A program made the position numbers and the translations under genes. The notes below the pieces were generated by a model that ran no database searches, was not told the origin of the DNA, and saw only the letters and a program-made list of their open reading frames with translations. Of a stretch of 64,000 bases of DNA, positions 1-10,999 are shown piece by piece. Origin of the DNA: an uncultured Verrucomicrobiae bacterium (GTDB lineage: Bacteria; Verrucomicrobiota; Verrucomicrobiia; Chthoniobacterales; JAFAMB01); contig CAWEXO010000014.1 of the NCBI GenBank assembly GCA_963813025.1, positions 32,001 to 96,000 on the forward strand, read 5' to 3'. Each line of letters begins with the position of its first letter. Within the stretch, counting starts at the first letter, position 1.

Positions 1-241
1 CGGCTTCCAATAGCGATTGCAACCTAACCGATCCTCTCTTCTTGCCGAATCAAAGGAAGCCGGCTCAGCTAGGGTTCGCCCGGCAAAACCTTTTTGGGCG
101 CGCCTCAGCTCAGAATTGGGGACCGTTTGCTTCCCAGGAAAACTTCGGCGACAATTTAGAAGGCGGATATCTCCCTTTTTAGAAGCCTCATCAGAGCAAG
201 GATCTGAAGGGAAAACGCAATCACAAATCACCGGAAAGCCT

Positions 242-1087
242 ATGAGCCAGAACCTGAACCTGCTCCGGCAAAACTATTGCCGGCCTGCCATCGCCACTAG
301 CAAGGAAATCCCTTACCTCTTTCCCTTGGAGAAAGAGTGCGAGCAGGGGAAAGCCCTCCTCGCGAAAGCACCAAAAAAGTTCCTTCACCTGCAGAAGTTC
401 GATCCATACGGTCTTCAACAGACCTATCGAGACGAAACTACCGGCGCGGAGTTACCGGTCTTCGCGGTCTTCAACCTCGAAGGCGACCACCGATCCGCTT
501 TCGAAATCACCACAGACTCCGTTCCCGAAATCGCTGGGTCCGGCAGCCTTCCCGCCTACATCCCATTTCATAGAACCCAAGCGTTCGTAAGAAAGATCAA
601 TGAAGGGCGGATGAAGGCCGAACGGCCAATGGCTCGAATCTCTCTGGTCCTGGGTAGCTTCCCTGCATTGGCTTATCTCTTCTCCCACGTCGCGGTATTG
701 GCCAGCCCCAGAGCACCGTTCATTTTTGCGGGCGGATGGGCCCTTGGCGCGTTCCTCGCGTACCTGCTGAGTCTGTGGGTGCTCGATTGGCTTTACCCCT
801 GGAAGAAATTGGTGATCACGGCAGAATTTAACGGTATCCTTCCGAAAGAAGTCCGGGAAAAAGCACGCGTGGCCAGAGATCGCTTCGACAACCTATACCT
901 CATCGTCGATCAGCAACACCGTTGGAAAAGTGCATTCTTGACCGATCCAAGACCGCGCGCCTTAGACCCGCTTTTGATCGGCGAGCTCAAGCACGGCCAG
1001 CGGCATCAATTTTTCCTGATCGACCAATTCGATCTCACCGAAGCAGAGCAGTACCTCGCTGACGAATTTGCTACTAAGCCGGCTTGA
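242..1087 (+). CDS. Hypothetical membrane protein (2 predicted TM helices)
   Basis: Long ORF (open from 17; ATG at 242 preferred) with two hydrophobic stretches; no recognised motif. Confidence 0.6.
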   Translation: MSQNLNLLRQNYCRPAIATSKEIPYLFPLEKECEQGKALLAKAPKKFLHLQKFDPYGLQQTYRDETTGAELPVFAVFNLEGDHRSAFEITTDSVPEIAGSGSLPAYIPFHRTQAFVRKINEGRMKAERPMARISLVLGSFPALAYLFSHVAVLASPRAPFIFAGGWALGAFLAYLLSLWVLDWLYPWKKLVITAEFNGILPKEVREKARVARDRFDNLYLIVDQQHRWKSAFLTDPRPRALDPLLIGELKHGQRHQFFLIDQFDLTEAEQYLADEFATKPA

Positions 1088-1355
1088 GCTTTTGCCCGTC
1101 GACGGCACTACGATCGGGAATCCGGCGCTAGAAATTGCGAGGCGTGACTGGGGTCACGTACTTGATGACCTCGCAGAGAATGTAAGGCGGACGCATCGGT
1201 CGTGGCGGTCTCGCTCTTAGTGGCCTCGACCACGATGGTCACTCATCTCACCTAAAGTCTGCAGCGAATCGACCCGTTGCGTTGACCAGATATTTCGGCA
1301 AGGCAGATATCTACTTTAGCGAGCATTTTGGCTCGGAGTGGAACCATCCAACTTG

Positions 1356-1500
1356 CTACACCTGCCCACTGGATCGCAGGAACCGGTGAGTTCGCTCTGC
1401 AGTGGTCGGTCTAGCGATTTTGCGATGATAGATCCAGGTTTTCAGGGTGACAAGCGGTACACCGAGCTGATCCGCCAAATTTGATGAGTGCAGGTGTGGT
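1356..1500 (-). pseudogene. Possible HTH DNA-binding protein fragment
   Basis: LADQLGVPLVTLKTWI resembles an XRE-type helix-turn-helix; no good start. Confidence 0.25.
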
Positions 1501-2145
1501 GCGCTCGACAGTTGAGCAGCTGGCGGACCAAGTTCGCGAACTCGGTTCGCCATTCGGTTTGCGTGTCTTCGATTTTTCAACGCCTTACTCCTTAGCCCGA
1601 AGACCATTCAAAACCATATGGGAAGTATTCTCCGAACTGAAAGCGGAGACTCGTACCGGTGCTGCAGAGGCCATTGAGATGCTAAAAAGAGCGGAAGTCG
1701 CGCCTCAATGAGTATTCTTACCGAAAGTGGATTTGTATGTTTTGATCTCCCCCATCGGAGCGAATTACACAAGGCTGATGGCCCGTGATGATGAGTTTGG
1801 TCCTCGTATCACCGTCGGCAACGGATAGAACTTGCCTTGGAGATTGGGGCTCGCGCCGTCGCAAGCTCATCTCTATTCGACAAGCCAAAGGGCGCCGTCA
1901 GGATCAACGATGTCAGCGGCGCGATAACAGATGGGCCAGCACGAAGCCTGGGGTACAGCTACGTCCTCTGGAGTTACAGATTCTCCGCCAGTGCATCGAG
2001 AGAACCTGTGTGCCGAGCAAATATATACAAGAACGCTTCGGTCTACTGCATTTAAGAGGAGGAGCATATGTCGATGGGGTACTTCCCTTTCCGCGACTAC
2101 TGTGCTAAGAGAAAGCTGCAGGTAAAAGTAGACCGGTAGGAAATT

Positions 2146-2493
2146 ATGGCTTTGACACTAACGTTAACTACAGAGGCGCTCACAACTGTAGACGATGCGG
2201 CTGGGAACTGGCAATTTGAGGGTGGAAGGGTGCTGGACAACCAGAAGCAGGTTGGTAATTACGCGAGCACCAAACGCTTTGTGTTCAAAGGGACCGACGC
2301 TCAGAATACTGCAATGTTGACCCTTACTATCTTCTTTCTCGGCCAGCAGCCAGCCGAGAACATTACTCTTCAAGGTGACCACGACTTCAACGCTGGAAGC
2401 GAGATTGGCAGCGTTAGTGCTGCGTCGGCCGGGTTCGCTTCGTACATTGGCAAGCACTTCTCGCGAGTTGGCGACACGCTCAGAATCCGGTGA
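2146..2493 (+). CDS. Hypothetical small beta-rich protein
   Basis: 115 aa ORF with AGGA RBS upstream of ATG; alternating beta-strand pattern. Confidence 0.7.
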   Translation: MALTLTLTTEALTTVDDAAGNWQFEGGRVLDNQKQVGNYASTKRFVFKGTDAQNTAMLTLTIFFLGQQPAENITLQGDHDFNAGSEIGSVSAASAGFASYIGKHFSRVGDTLRIR

Positions 2494-2709
2494 AAGAAGA
2501 TTCGCCTGAAAAATATCTGTCGATAGGCTTCTCAGTCAGGAGTTCCGACCAAATGCCCATTCCAAACTAAGGAAGTGGTGTTCTCCGAAGAACGGCGCCA
2601 GCGGTTCGAACGGGGCTTTGATGGAGGCGGGGTCAATCAACCCACCAGGCTAGTACGTCCGCAGATCGATTCCTACCCAATAATCGAGATTTGAGTTTTG
2701 GTTCAGGCC

Positions 2710-3702
2710 CTAAGTGCCGGGACGATGAGGCGGATTGCGCCTTTCCCCGATGGTCGCGTATTCGGCAAGCAGGCTGTTCACGAATACCTGAGTCAGGTAG
2801 TGCTCCCGCACACAGTTCTCGAGCGTCGCTGTTACTTGGCTGAGCTGTGCCGGCAGCAACGGAGGGCCACCGTCCTTGATGATCTGCTGGAGAAACTCCA
2901 CGACCTGGGTGCAGGTCTGTTGCTCATGTGATGGAGGTGGCGGGGCTTTGTAGAAGGCCAGAGCGATTACGGAAACACCCTTGCCGACTGTGAGAACGTT
3001 CCCCACATCCGGGCCTGGCGGTAGTAAGATCCGCCACTGGTCGAAGATCGCGCCTGACGATGTAGGAGAGATGGCGGTGATCGCCTCCTGGCTGTTGGTC
3101 GTGTCCACATAGCCCAGGTTATTGCCTGAAGTAGTCAATGCGCCCCCGGCATCGGGCGCGACCGATACGAAAATATCATTGAAAAGACTGCCTGTGGTCT
3201 CGTCGAACGAGTCGATCGTTGCGCCCGAGCCACCAGGAGGCCCGCCGCTACCCACACCAGGTGGCGGGACATACAAAACGAGGACATTGATAGGGGACGA
3301 CGCGACCGTGACGTATGGCGGTGGGTTGGCGCTGTCGAAAGAAACCTGAGCGCCACTCGGTGTTCCGCCCGAGACGTTCACGAAGGCGAAGTTGTAAGTC
3401 ACGCCGTCGACTAACTGGGTCGATGGCAGCGGCACACCGATTTGGAACTGATCGCCGGTTTGCAATGTGCCGCCGGACTTTTGTGAGATCGGTTCAAAGC
3501 CGCCTGGGCCTCCAGGCGTCCTTACCGGCCGCCGCTCGTGTGGGCCGCCTGCGCCAAAGTAGACGTAACTGTACGTCAGAGCTACTTGTGCCATGGCATT
3601 ATCGTGGTCCGCCCAACCTGGAATGCAAAAAAATTCGCGTACGATTAGGTCGAGCGGCATCGCGACCAGGGGCAATTTTCCCGTTTTCTTAAGAAACGCC
3701 AC
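2710..3702 (-). CDS. Hypothetical Pro/Gly-rich protein
   Basis: 330 aa ORF with protein-like composition; GTG start uncertain. Confidence 0.6.
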   Translation of the reverse strand: MAFLKKTGKLPLVAMPLDLIVREFFCIPGWADHDNAMAQVALTYSYVYFGAGGPHERRPVRTPGGPGGFEPISQKSGGTLQTGDQFQIGVPLPSTQLVDGVTYNFAFVNVSGGTPSGAQVSFDSANPPPYVTVASSPINVLVLYVPPPGVGSGGPPGGSGATIDSFDETTGSLFNDIFVSVAPDAGGALTTSGNNLGYVDTTNSQEAITAISPTSSGAIFDQWRILLPPGPDVGNVLTVGKGVSVIALAFYKAPPPPSHEQQTCTQVVEFLQQIIKDGGPPLLPAQLSQVTATLENCVREHYLTQVFVNSLLAEYATIGERRNPPHRPGT

Positions 3703-3729
3703 GCAATTGAGCCTATCATCAGTTTACGG

Positions 3730-4782
3730 ATGGACTTCATTGTGGTCGGAATTGGTCGTTGGGGCAGAGAGTGGGCTGAACTCTTGCAGGCTCACCCGCT
3801 CGCCTCGGTGGCGTCGACCGTCGACGTCAGCGAAGCAGCCGCCAAATGGTCACAGGAAACTCTTGGAATTCCTTGCTTTCCGAGCCTAAGGGAAGCTATC
3901 GAAAAAGCGCCGGCGGATGCTGTGTTAGTGGTCACCAATCCTGGCCAGCACAAGCCGGTCGTTCTGGAAGCGCTTCGCTACGGAAAACATGTGTTGGTTG
4001 AGAAGCCGATGGTAACTTCGATTGAGGAAGCCGACGAGATTGCGGCTGCGGCCGAACGTTCAACCGGTAAGGTCATGACTGCTCAAGGTTACCGATTCCT
4101 ACACTCTGCTGGTTTCATTCGCGAACAGCTGGCTGCTGGCGTTATTGGCGAACTGAAGGGCGTCAAGGTCCGGTTCCGGCGCCACGTACCTGATCTCATT
4201 GCCAATCCCGAACATCCAATCTTTGCTCTACCACATTCCATCCTTCTCGATATGTCGGTCCATCATTTTGATCTCCTCCGTTACATGACTCAGCTGGAGG
4301 CTATCAGTGTGGTAGCGATGGAGCATGACACTCCGGATAACGCATTTAAGCATCCTTCCAACGCGATCTGTTTCGTTCGGCTGCGACAAGACGTTCCTGT
4401 CGTATGGGACGGAGACTGGTGCGCTCGTGGACCTGTGACTTCATGGGAAGGCGAGTGGCAGTTCATCGGCAATAGAGCACGCCTGTTTTGGGAAGGGAAT
4501 ATAGATGGAAAAAACCTGACTTCGGTCCAGTTGGAGGTGCCAGGAGAAAAACCACAGAAACTCCTGGCACACGAGCCGATTTGGGAGCGACGCCTTCCCG
4601 TCTTGGAACACTTTATTAAGAGCATTAAGCGGGGCAAACAACCGGAACCTGGTGTTCTTGATAACCGAAAGACACTTGCCATCGTGTTTGGCAGTCTGGA
4701 GTCGTTGGTTACGAAGGCCGAGGTCCGGCTGGAAGATAGTGCTCCCGCACACAGCTCTTTCCGGCCGGAACTTCTGAAGTGA
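3730..4782 (+). CDS. Gfo/Idh/MocA family oxidoreductase
   Basis: VVGIGRWG Rossmann motif, GKHVLVEKP, DMSVHHFD. Confidence 0.92.
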   Translation: MDFIVVGIGRWGREWAELLQAHPLASVASTVDVSEAAAKWSQETLGIPCFPSLREAIEKAPADAVLVVTNPGQHKPVVLEALRYGKHVLVEKPMVTSIEEADEIAAAAERSTGKVMTAQGYRFLHSAGFIREQLAAGVIGELKGVKVRFRRHVPDLIANPEHPIFALPHSILLDMSVHHFDLLRYMTQLEAISVVAMEHDTPDNAFKHPSNAICFVRLRQDVPVVWDGDWCARGPVTSWEGEWQFIGNRARLFWEGNIDGKNLTSVQLEVPGEKPQKLLAHEPIWERRLPVLEHFIKSIKRGKQPEPGVLDNRKTLAIVFGSLESLVTKAEVRLEDSAPAHSSFRPELLK

Positions 4783-4985
4783 ACCTGGATTCTCCGAAAA
4801 GCCTTGGTTGACGCTGTATGGTGGTCTGCAGGCGATCAAGCGTACGTCGTGCCCCCTTGTTAACTTGCCAGAGAAAAGACCCTGGTTCCGGCGCCAAGGA
4901 ATTAGGTCCGCAGTGATGAAGCGGTGCCATTGGGTTGAACCTATGAGCCTGTGCTGGTTTGCCCAAATCAAGTTCACCGAATGGA

Positions 4986-5220
4986 CTCCTAAGAAACTGG
5001 ATAAGGCCGGTCAAATAAAGTTAGCTCTTCCTCGCCAAACAGCCCCAATGAGAACTGGATGGTTTCTTGCCGCAACAAGAACCGCAGCGGTTCTGGCGAA
5101 CTCCTAAGAAACTGGATAAGGCCGGTCTAATAAAGTTAGCCTTCCAAGAGCCAAACAGCCCCCAATCGAGAACTCGGATGGTTTCTTGCCGCAACAAGAA
5201 CCCGCAGCGGTTCTGGCGAA
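4986..5220 (-). repeat. Two tandem miniature IS110 derivatives (115 and 120 bp)
   Basis: Units 4986-5100 and 5101-5220 each start CTCCTAAGAAACT (IS110 right end) and finish with ~40 bp closely matching the IS110 left end at 6874-6914. Confidence 0.85.
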
Positions 5221-5223
5221 CTC

Positions 5224-6615
5224 CTAAGAAACTAAATCCGTGGCTGGGTCTAGAGGCGTGAGTTGGAGTCCGAATTCTTTGGCTCGTCGGCTGAGATTGT
5301 GAAGTAGGCGGTCTTTGTATTTTTTCTCGTAGTAGAGTTGCCCTTGCTCGACATAGGCAGCTCCGAACTTGAGCATGCGATAGAACAAGCGTGCCAGTTT
5401 ATGAGCTCCGGCGTTGATGGCGGTGGGTGCCCCCAATCGGGCTTTGATGCGGCGGATAAAAGCGCCGATGGCCGTCTTACTTTGCATGGCTCCTTGGGCC
5501 GCCAGCCGGAACATGGCCGCCGCGCGATTCTTGGTTTTTCTGGGGCTGGAACTGAGCAGTTTGCCGCCACTGATGCGATTGTCCGGACAGAGTTTAAGCC
5601 AGGAGCAAAAGTGTTTTTCGCTTTTCCAACAGTTCATGTCTAAACCCGTTTCCGAAATGATGACTTCCACCGCCAAGGTGCTCAAGCCAGGCAACTGACT
5701 CAGATCGACACCACAAACGCTGGCCAGATGCGCTCGGCGCTGCAGGGCTAGGCGAACTTGGGCCGACCGTGCTTTGGCCGCCCCGCTTTGCTCGAGGGCT
5801 TGCTCCAAATCTAGTTTAGTGTCGAATTGCTCAAGTTGTTGCTCAATCTTGCTTTCGCAGGCGGTGATCTTGAGCTGGTAGGTGTCATAGAGTTCCAGGG
5901 CCGTTTGCAAGGCGAAGAGATGCTCGGCTCGGTAATCTCCCTGTAAGGCTTTGACGATCTGATCAGTGGATGCTTTCACTTGGGGGTGTTTCATCTGGGC
6001 AAGCTTGAGCGGATTGCGTTCTCCGGCCAAAATCGCCCGAATCATCGCCATGCCACTATAACCGGTGATGTCGCTCAACACGCGGTGCACTTGGATATTC
6101 ATTTCGGTTAAGGCCTTCTGCATGCGTAACACATGGCTGCTGCAGTCCTTAACCAAGGTGTCGCGCAGGCGCAGGAAGCTGCGCAAGACGCAGACCTCGT
6201 CCTTGGGTCGGAACGAGCCGTTTAAAAGACCAAAGGTGTGGAGTTGTTGAAGCCATTGGCAGTCCGAGACGTCGCTTTTGCGTCCAGGCAGATTCTTGAC
6301 ATGAGCTGCGTTGACCAATTTTACCTCCAACCCTCTCTGCTCCAGAATCTGGAACACCGGTATCCAATAAACCCCCGTTGATTCCATCACTACGGTCTCA
6401 ATGTGGTGTTCGCTCAGCCAGTCAGCCATCCGCTGCAGATCGCTCGTAAAAGGGCCAAACTTGCGCACCGTTTCTGAGCCGCGGTCTTCGGGAATGGCCA
6501 CCAGGTGAAAATTCGCCCCGATATCGATTCCTGCGGCCTTGAGATTGATCCGTTCCAGAACACTCCGGTGAGTTTTTGATTTGTTCTTTCGCTTGGTCGT
6601 GGTTTTCTTTGCCAT
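5224..6615 (-). CDS. IS110 family transposase/recombinase
   Basis: DEDD motifs AAGIDIG, VMESTGVYW, RKSDVSD; C-terminal CPDNRISGG serine motif. Confidence 0.96.
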   Translation of the reverse strand: MAKKTTTKRKNKSKTHRSVLERINLKAAGIDIGANFHLVAIPEDRGSETVRKFGPFTSDLQRMADWLSEHHIETVVMESTGVYWIPVFQILEQRGLEVKLVNAAHVKNLPGRKSDVSDCQWLQQLHTFGLLNGSFRPKDEVCVLRSFLRLRDTLVKDCSSHVLRMQKALTEMNIQVHRVLSDITGYSGMAMIRAILAGERNPLKLAQMKHPQVKASTDQIVKALQGDYRAEHLFALQTALELYDTYQLKITACESKIEQQLEQFDTKLDLEQALEQSGAAKARSAQVRLALQRRAHLASVCGVDLSQLPGLSTLAVEVIISETGLDMNCWKSEKHFCSWLKLCPDNRISGGKLLSSSPRKTKNRAAAMFRLAAQGAMQSKTAIGAFIRRIKARLGAPTAINAGAHKLARLFYRMLKFGAAYVEQGQLYYEKKYKDRLLHNLSRRAKEFGLQLTPLDPATDLVS

Positions 6616-6914
6616 ACCTCTCTTGGGTTAGATGTTGTTCTTGCTTTCACACTGCAGCGCATCGGCCCGAGTTGGTAGATAGAGAGAAATCTCCTAAACA
6701 GGATAGCTCCAGATCGGCAAACAACCCGATCTGGAGCTTCGCTAATGCAACAACCAAAACGCTCGGAACCAAACTAGCTATCGGGCATAAAGCTCCAATG
6801 CCACACCGGTCTTAACTGCCGACCCACTGCTGCCTACTTTCTACGTCGAGATGCCCAAGGCAATCAATCCAGTGTTTCTTGCCGCAAAAAGAACGCGCAG
6901 AGTTCTGGGGAACT
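6616..6914 (-). ncRNA. Putative IS110 bridge RNA region (left non-coding end)
   Basis: Structured end with 13-bp perfect hairpin and a loop containing TTAGGAG and AACT that match the element's own end junction. Confidence 0.6.
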
Positions 6915-7056
6915 AAGCCTGTAGCGACGGCCAGTTGCGGTCTGCGCGTCTTCCTGCGGCGGCGAGGGGACGAAAAAGGCAATGGAGGTCGTTTCACGGT
7001 AATACTCGTTCTGTCGCAATCCGCTTGGTTCGAACTCAAGCACTAGCCGCCTAATC

Positions 7057-7235
7057 GGAACTGCTCACCTGGTCTGGAAGCGCGTCAAATAGGCAAATCA
7101 TAGAGGAGGTTCAGACCAGAACTATACCAAGCCGTGGAGATGGTTCTCCGGGGCGGAAAGACAGTCAGGGAAGTGGCTGAAAATCTTGGGGCAAGCCAAT
7201 ATTCGAGCGGCTATTATCAATGGGTGGAGCGGCGG
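7057..7235 (+). pseudogene. Degenerate IS3-family OrfA remnant
   Basis: GGAACTGCTC start like IS3 IRL; fragments AVEMVLRG / TVREVAENLG of an HTH_Tnp_1-like protein. Confidence 0.45.
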
Positions 7236-7365
7236 GACAAGCCCGAAGGCCGGGTGCAGGTTCGAGCTCTGTTATTCTCTGACCCAAATTCCAAAGTTAC
7301 GCGGTAATTGAATTGGCTCAACCCCCAACTGCCGAAGCCGTTCGCCGCCGTGCCACCCATGGAGG

Positions 7366-8442
7366 ATGAGAGACTGCTGGCTGCCTGGTGTGGTCGTAGC
7401 TGACGGCGTCGCGGTGCCGGTTCGGGGGTTATGTTCCAGGTCAGCATCCGAATTTTCCAAATATCGCCCTCATGAACGTTATCCTTACGAAGGCGGCCGT
7501 AACAATATTCTCAACGATGGTCGACAATATAAGCTTGCAGCGATCGAATTTGGCGAGCTCGGAAGTTACGCGGACGCCGATAAAGGCGAGCTCAATAACA
7601 CGATTCAGTTATTGAAAAACACAGAACGGCCATTGCTGGTCGTATACATCCATGGATGGCTCAATAACGCCACATCGGGCGACCTCGGCAAGTTTAAAGG
7701 GTTCCTAAGTTCGGCTGTCCCAATCCAGACAAGTGAAAATCCATCACTATAATGTGGTTGGCGTCTATTTTGCCTGGCCTGGTAAAACTCTCGCAATTCC
7801 TTACCTCCAATATTTGACCTTCTGGAACCGGAAGCAAGCAGCGAAACGGATCGCCAGCAATGGCGATTGTCTGGATGCCATCGAGCAGCTTTCCCAAACG
7901 GCTCGACTCCACCAAAACAACTATGTTTTCTTAATTAGGTCATTCATTCGGGGGGCTGATTCTGGAACGAACCGTGGAACACACTATGCGCGCGTGGCAG
8001 GGCCAGAAAGTGAGGCCACCATGGGATCTGGCTCTGACAACGACCGTTTTCGGGTGATTCGGACGCTTTCGACTACAACCTGGAGAACAATCCAGTAGGC
8101 GGAATTTTCTTCACGAGCGCTCCCAAGGATTCCGAGACTGCTGCGGAAGCAGGGAAACAATCGCGGCCAGCAGTGGCCGCTCCAAAAACTCAGCTGCAAG
8201 CTTGGCAAATTCAATTTGTACGAGATCACGACAAATTTATCGGTGTTCACGTGCCGTTTTGGATCGTCCGCGTTCCATCCGATATTATCGACAATCACGG
8301 CGGTATCTGGAGCGACAATAATATGGCACTGATGGCCGCGATCTTCCGCATGCACCGGCCAATACTGCCAAACAACGTTATCGCTCCAGCCAAATCCTAT
8401 GTTCTACCATCGCGGGTCGAGCTGAAGCAGAAACCACATTGA
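7366..8442 (+). pseudogene. Fragmented alpha/beta-hydrolase (esterase-like)
   Basis: VVYIHGW, YFAWPG, LTFWNRK and GHSFGG (~7938-7955) motifs spread over different frames. Confidence 0.75.
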
Positions 8443-8487
8443 CGGGTTTTCAACTGGCCGCGGGCGCCGCAGACGCGGTGGGGGACA

Positions 8488-10574
8488 TCATCGGTCCGGT
8501 GGGGATACGGTAATGTAACCGTTGGAATCCTTCCCGCCCACGCCATGAACCCAAGCGCGGAGGCTATATTTGGAGGCGGGATTAACCGTGGAAATCTTCA
8601 AGCGAAACTCGTTGTTGTCATACCCCGGACCCGCCGGGGCGAGATGCTCGTCGACGGCCACGGGTTTTCCGTTCTCCAGCATTGCGATCTTCTCCACCAT
8701 TATGGCATTTCCGCTTTGGTAGTTGAAATGTATCTTCCAGCCTCCTGGCACGACCTGCCAGTGACCAGCTTCCGGCAACGGACCAGTGACAACCCAGCCG
8801 GTTATGGGCCACTCGATCGAGGAAGTGCCCGATTCGAGATTCGCCGGGCCCCAACGGAAGGGTAGACCGTCGGGCGTCCTCCCATAATAGTCCAGGTCCA
8901 TGGCGTTCAGACGCTCGAAGTCGTAGCCCAGACGCCTTTGAAAATCTCCAAAATCCCGAGCTTCCTGCGGCGTCCAAGCGACCTCCGCAACGGCACAGGC
9001 GCGAGGCAACAGTTGGTATTGGATCTTGAGCCAGTCCTCCACGTTTTCAGTCCACACATTTCCCTGTATTCCCAGCACCAGCTTTGTCTCTTCTGGAGTC
9101 GCTGCGCGCCCGGGATCGGCGAAAAACCATAGACAGCTTCGAGCGAATTCAACCCTTCGGCTGCGACCGGCTGAGGAACAATCTTGATGTCCGTCTGGTA
9201 GAGATCCAAGAAGAGATGTTCCAGAGGGGTCAGAACGACTGCATTACCATTCTTGAAAGCGGGCTGAGCATACTGGAAGTTGTGCCATACCATTACTGCA
9301 GCGGTGTGGGACAGGCTGCCGCCCATAATATCGTCCCAACCAATCAACTTGCGTCCCTTGCTGTTCAAAAATTGTTCGATGCGATTGATGAACCAGCTCT
9401 CGAGTTGGGCCGTAGTAGTGAACTTGTGCTCTTTCATGAGCTGCTGCGCAAAAGGCGAGGTCTGCCATTGATCAGGAGGCACCTCGTCGCCCCCGATATG
9501 AATGTACTCGGAGGGAAAGAGCTCAATTACTTCCTGCAAAATGTTTTCGAGGAACGTGAACGTCTCCTCTTTTGGCGCATAACAATAGGGATGAACGCCC
9601 CAAGATGTTGCCACCTCGGGATGGTAGTTCGGAATATCAGTGTTTCCGTACTGGGGATAGGAGGCAAGGGCGGCCGCCGCGTGGCCGGGCATCTCTATCT
9701 CCGGAACGATCGTGATAAACCGATCGGCCGCATAGGCGACAATTTCGCGAATATCTTCCTGCGTGAAATACCCACTGTACGGTATGCCATCGCTTAGGCT
9801 CGGATTCCCGAGCACCGGGGAGTGAGCCCGCTGGGAGCCGATTTGGGTCAAAAGCGGGTATTGCTTTATCTCGATGCGCCATCCCTGGTCTTCAGTCAAA
9901 TGCCAGTGCAAGACGTTCAATTTATGGCTCGCCATAAAGTCGAGAATCTGTAGCACCACCTTTTTTCCAGTGAAGTGGCGTCCCTCCTCCAAGAGTAAAC
10001 CCCGCCAGGCAAAACGAGGTTGATCCTGGACGTGCGCGCTCGGGATGGACCAGCAGCAGTTGCGCACTGGTTGTTTCGAGTAGATCGCCGGCGGCAACAT
10101 CTGCATCAGGGTCTGAATCGCATGGAATTGCCCGGCCTCCCCGTTGGAGCGCATCACAATTTTCGTCGGCGTAACATCCAGATCGTATCCTTCAGGTCCG
10201 AGATTGGCCAGAGACGGATCTTTCCGGATCACGATTATGTTCCCGCCCGAGGGCGCGGCGAAATCGAAACCCGTCGCTGGCGAGAGGCCCTGCTTAAGGC
10301 GGCGTGCCGTCTTCTGGCTCGCGGCGTCTGCATCGAAGGCGGTTTCGGGTCCGAGCAGGAATGCGCCTGAACCTTCTGTGAAGGTAACCGGTTTTGGCAC
10401 GAGGTCAGGCATGGTAGCCCAGCCCTGACCAGGCAAGAAAAGAGTGACCCAGATCAGCGGAGGAAGACAGTGAACGAGTCTATTTTGCAACCGATCGACG
10501 ATCTTATCAATGGCGGGTAAGCGCCGGATTATTGGATCACTCCGCAATGTGATCGCTTCTGTTATCGTTTTCAT
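8488..10574 (-). pseudogene. GH20 beta-N-acetylhexosaminidase, frameshifted near 9105
   Basis: PRFAWRG, HWHLTEDQGWR, HIGGDE catalytic motif; LGIQGNVWTE and C-terminus continue in another frame (ORF 8488-9078). Confidence 0.9.
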
Positions 10575-10999
10575 GGGGGAGGTATGTTTTACAGGATTTG
10601 GATGAGAGAGCCCGCTGGTCTTAGACGTGGGATAGATCGGACAATCTGACGGGTTTCTATTCGCTATGTATTTCAGTGTGGCATTTAATAAAGCCTCATC
10701 AAAACACATTCCGCCAGCCTTTTGATAGTTGCGTCAATCCCTCCAGTTCAAGATGGGACAAGAAAAAAGTTCGACAGGCCCTTTAAGCCGGACGTGCCGC
10801 GCAGCTTGTTCAAATCAGGATTGACTGCAGCAACGAAGCTTATTAGCCTCAGTCGGTCAGTAAACAAACGAAGCGGTCGAAACGAATTCCAGGCCTACTC
10901 CCCCCTTTAGTACGTCGCAGGTGCTTTAAACAAATCCCTCTATCCCCCTTCAAAGAAAGCCAGCATCGGATCGAAGTCTTTTTGGAAAGAAGAAAAGCA

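Larger units (their letters stand above)
5221..6914 (-). mobile_element. IS110 family element, intact copy 1
   Basis: Ends defined by comparison with copy 2 (33242-36361); AG/CT core at both ends; ~300 bp left non-coding end. Confidence 0.9.

Noticed and set aside
2632..2655. GTCAATCAACCC resembling an IS200/IS605 omega-RNA start
   Set aside because: Too short, with no IscB/TnpB nearby
4986..5220. CRISPR or TIGR-type guide array
   Set aside because: Only two units, similar along their whole length, no unique spacers and no cas genes; better explained as IS110 end derivatives
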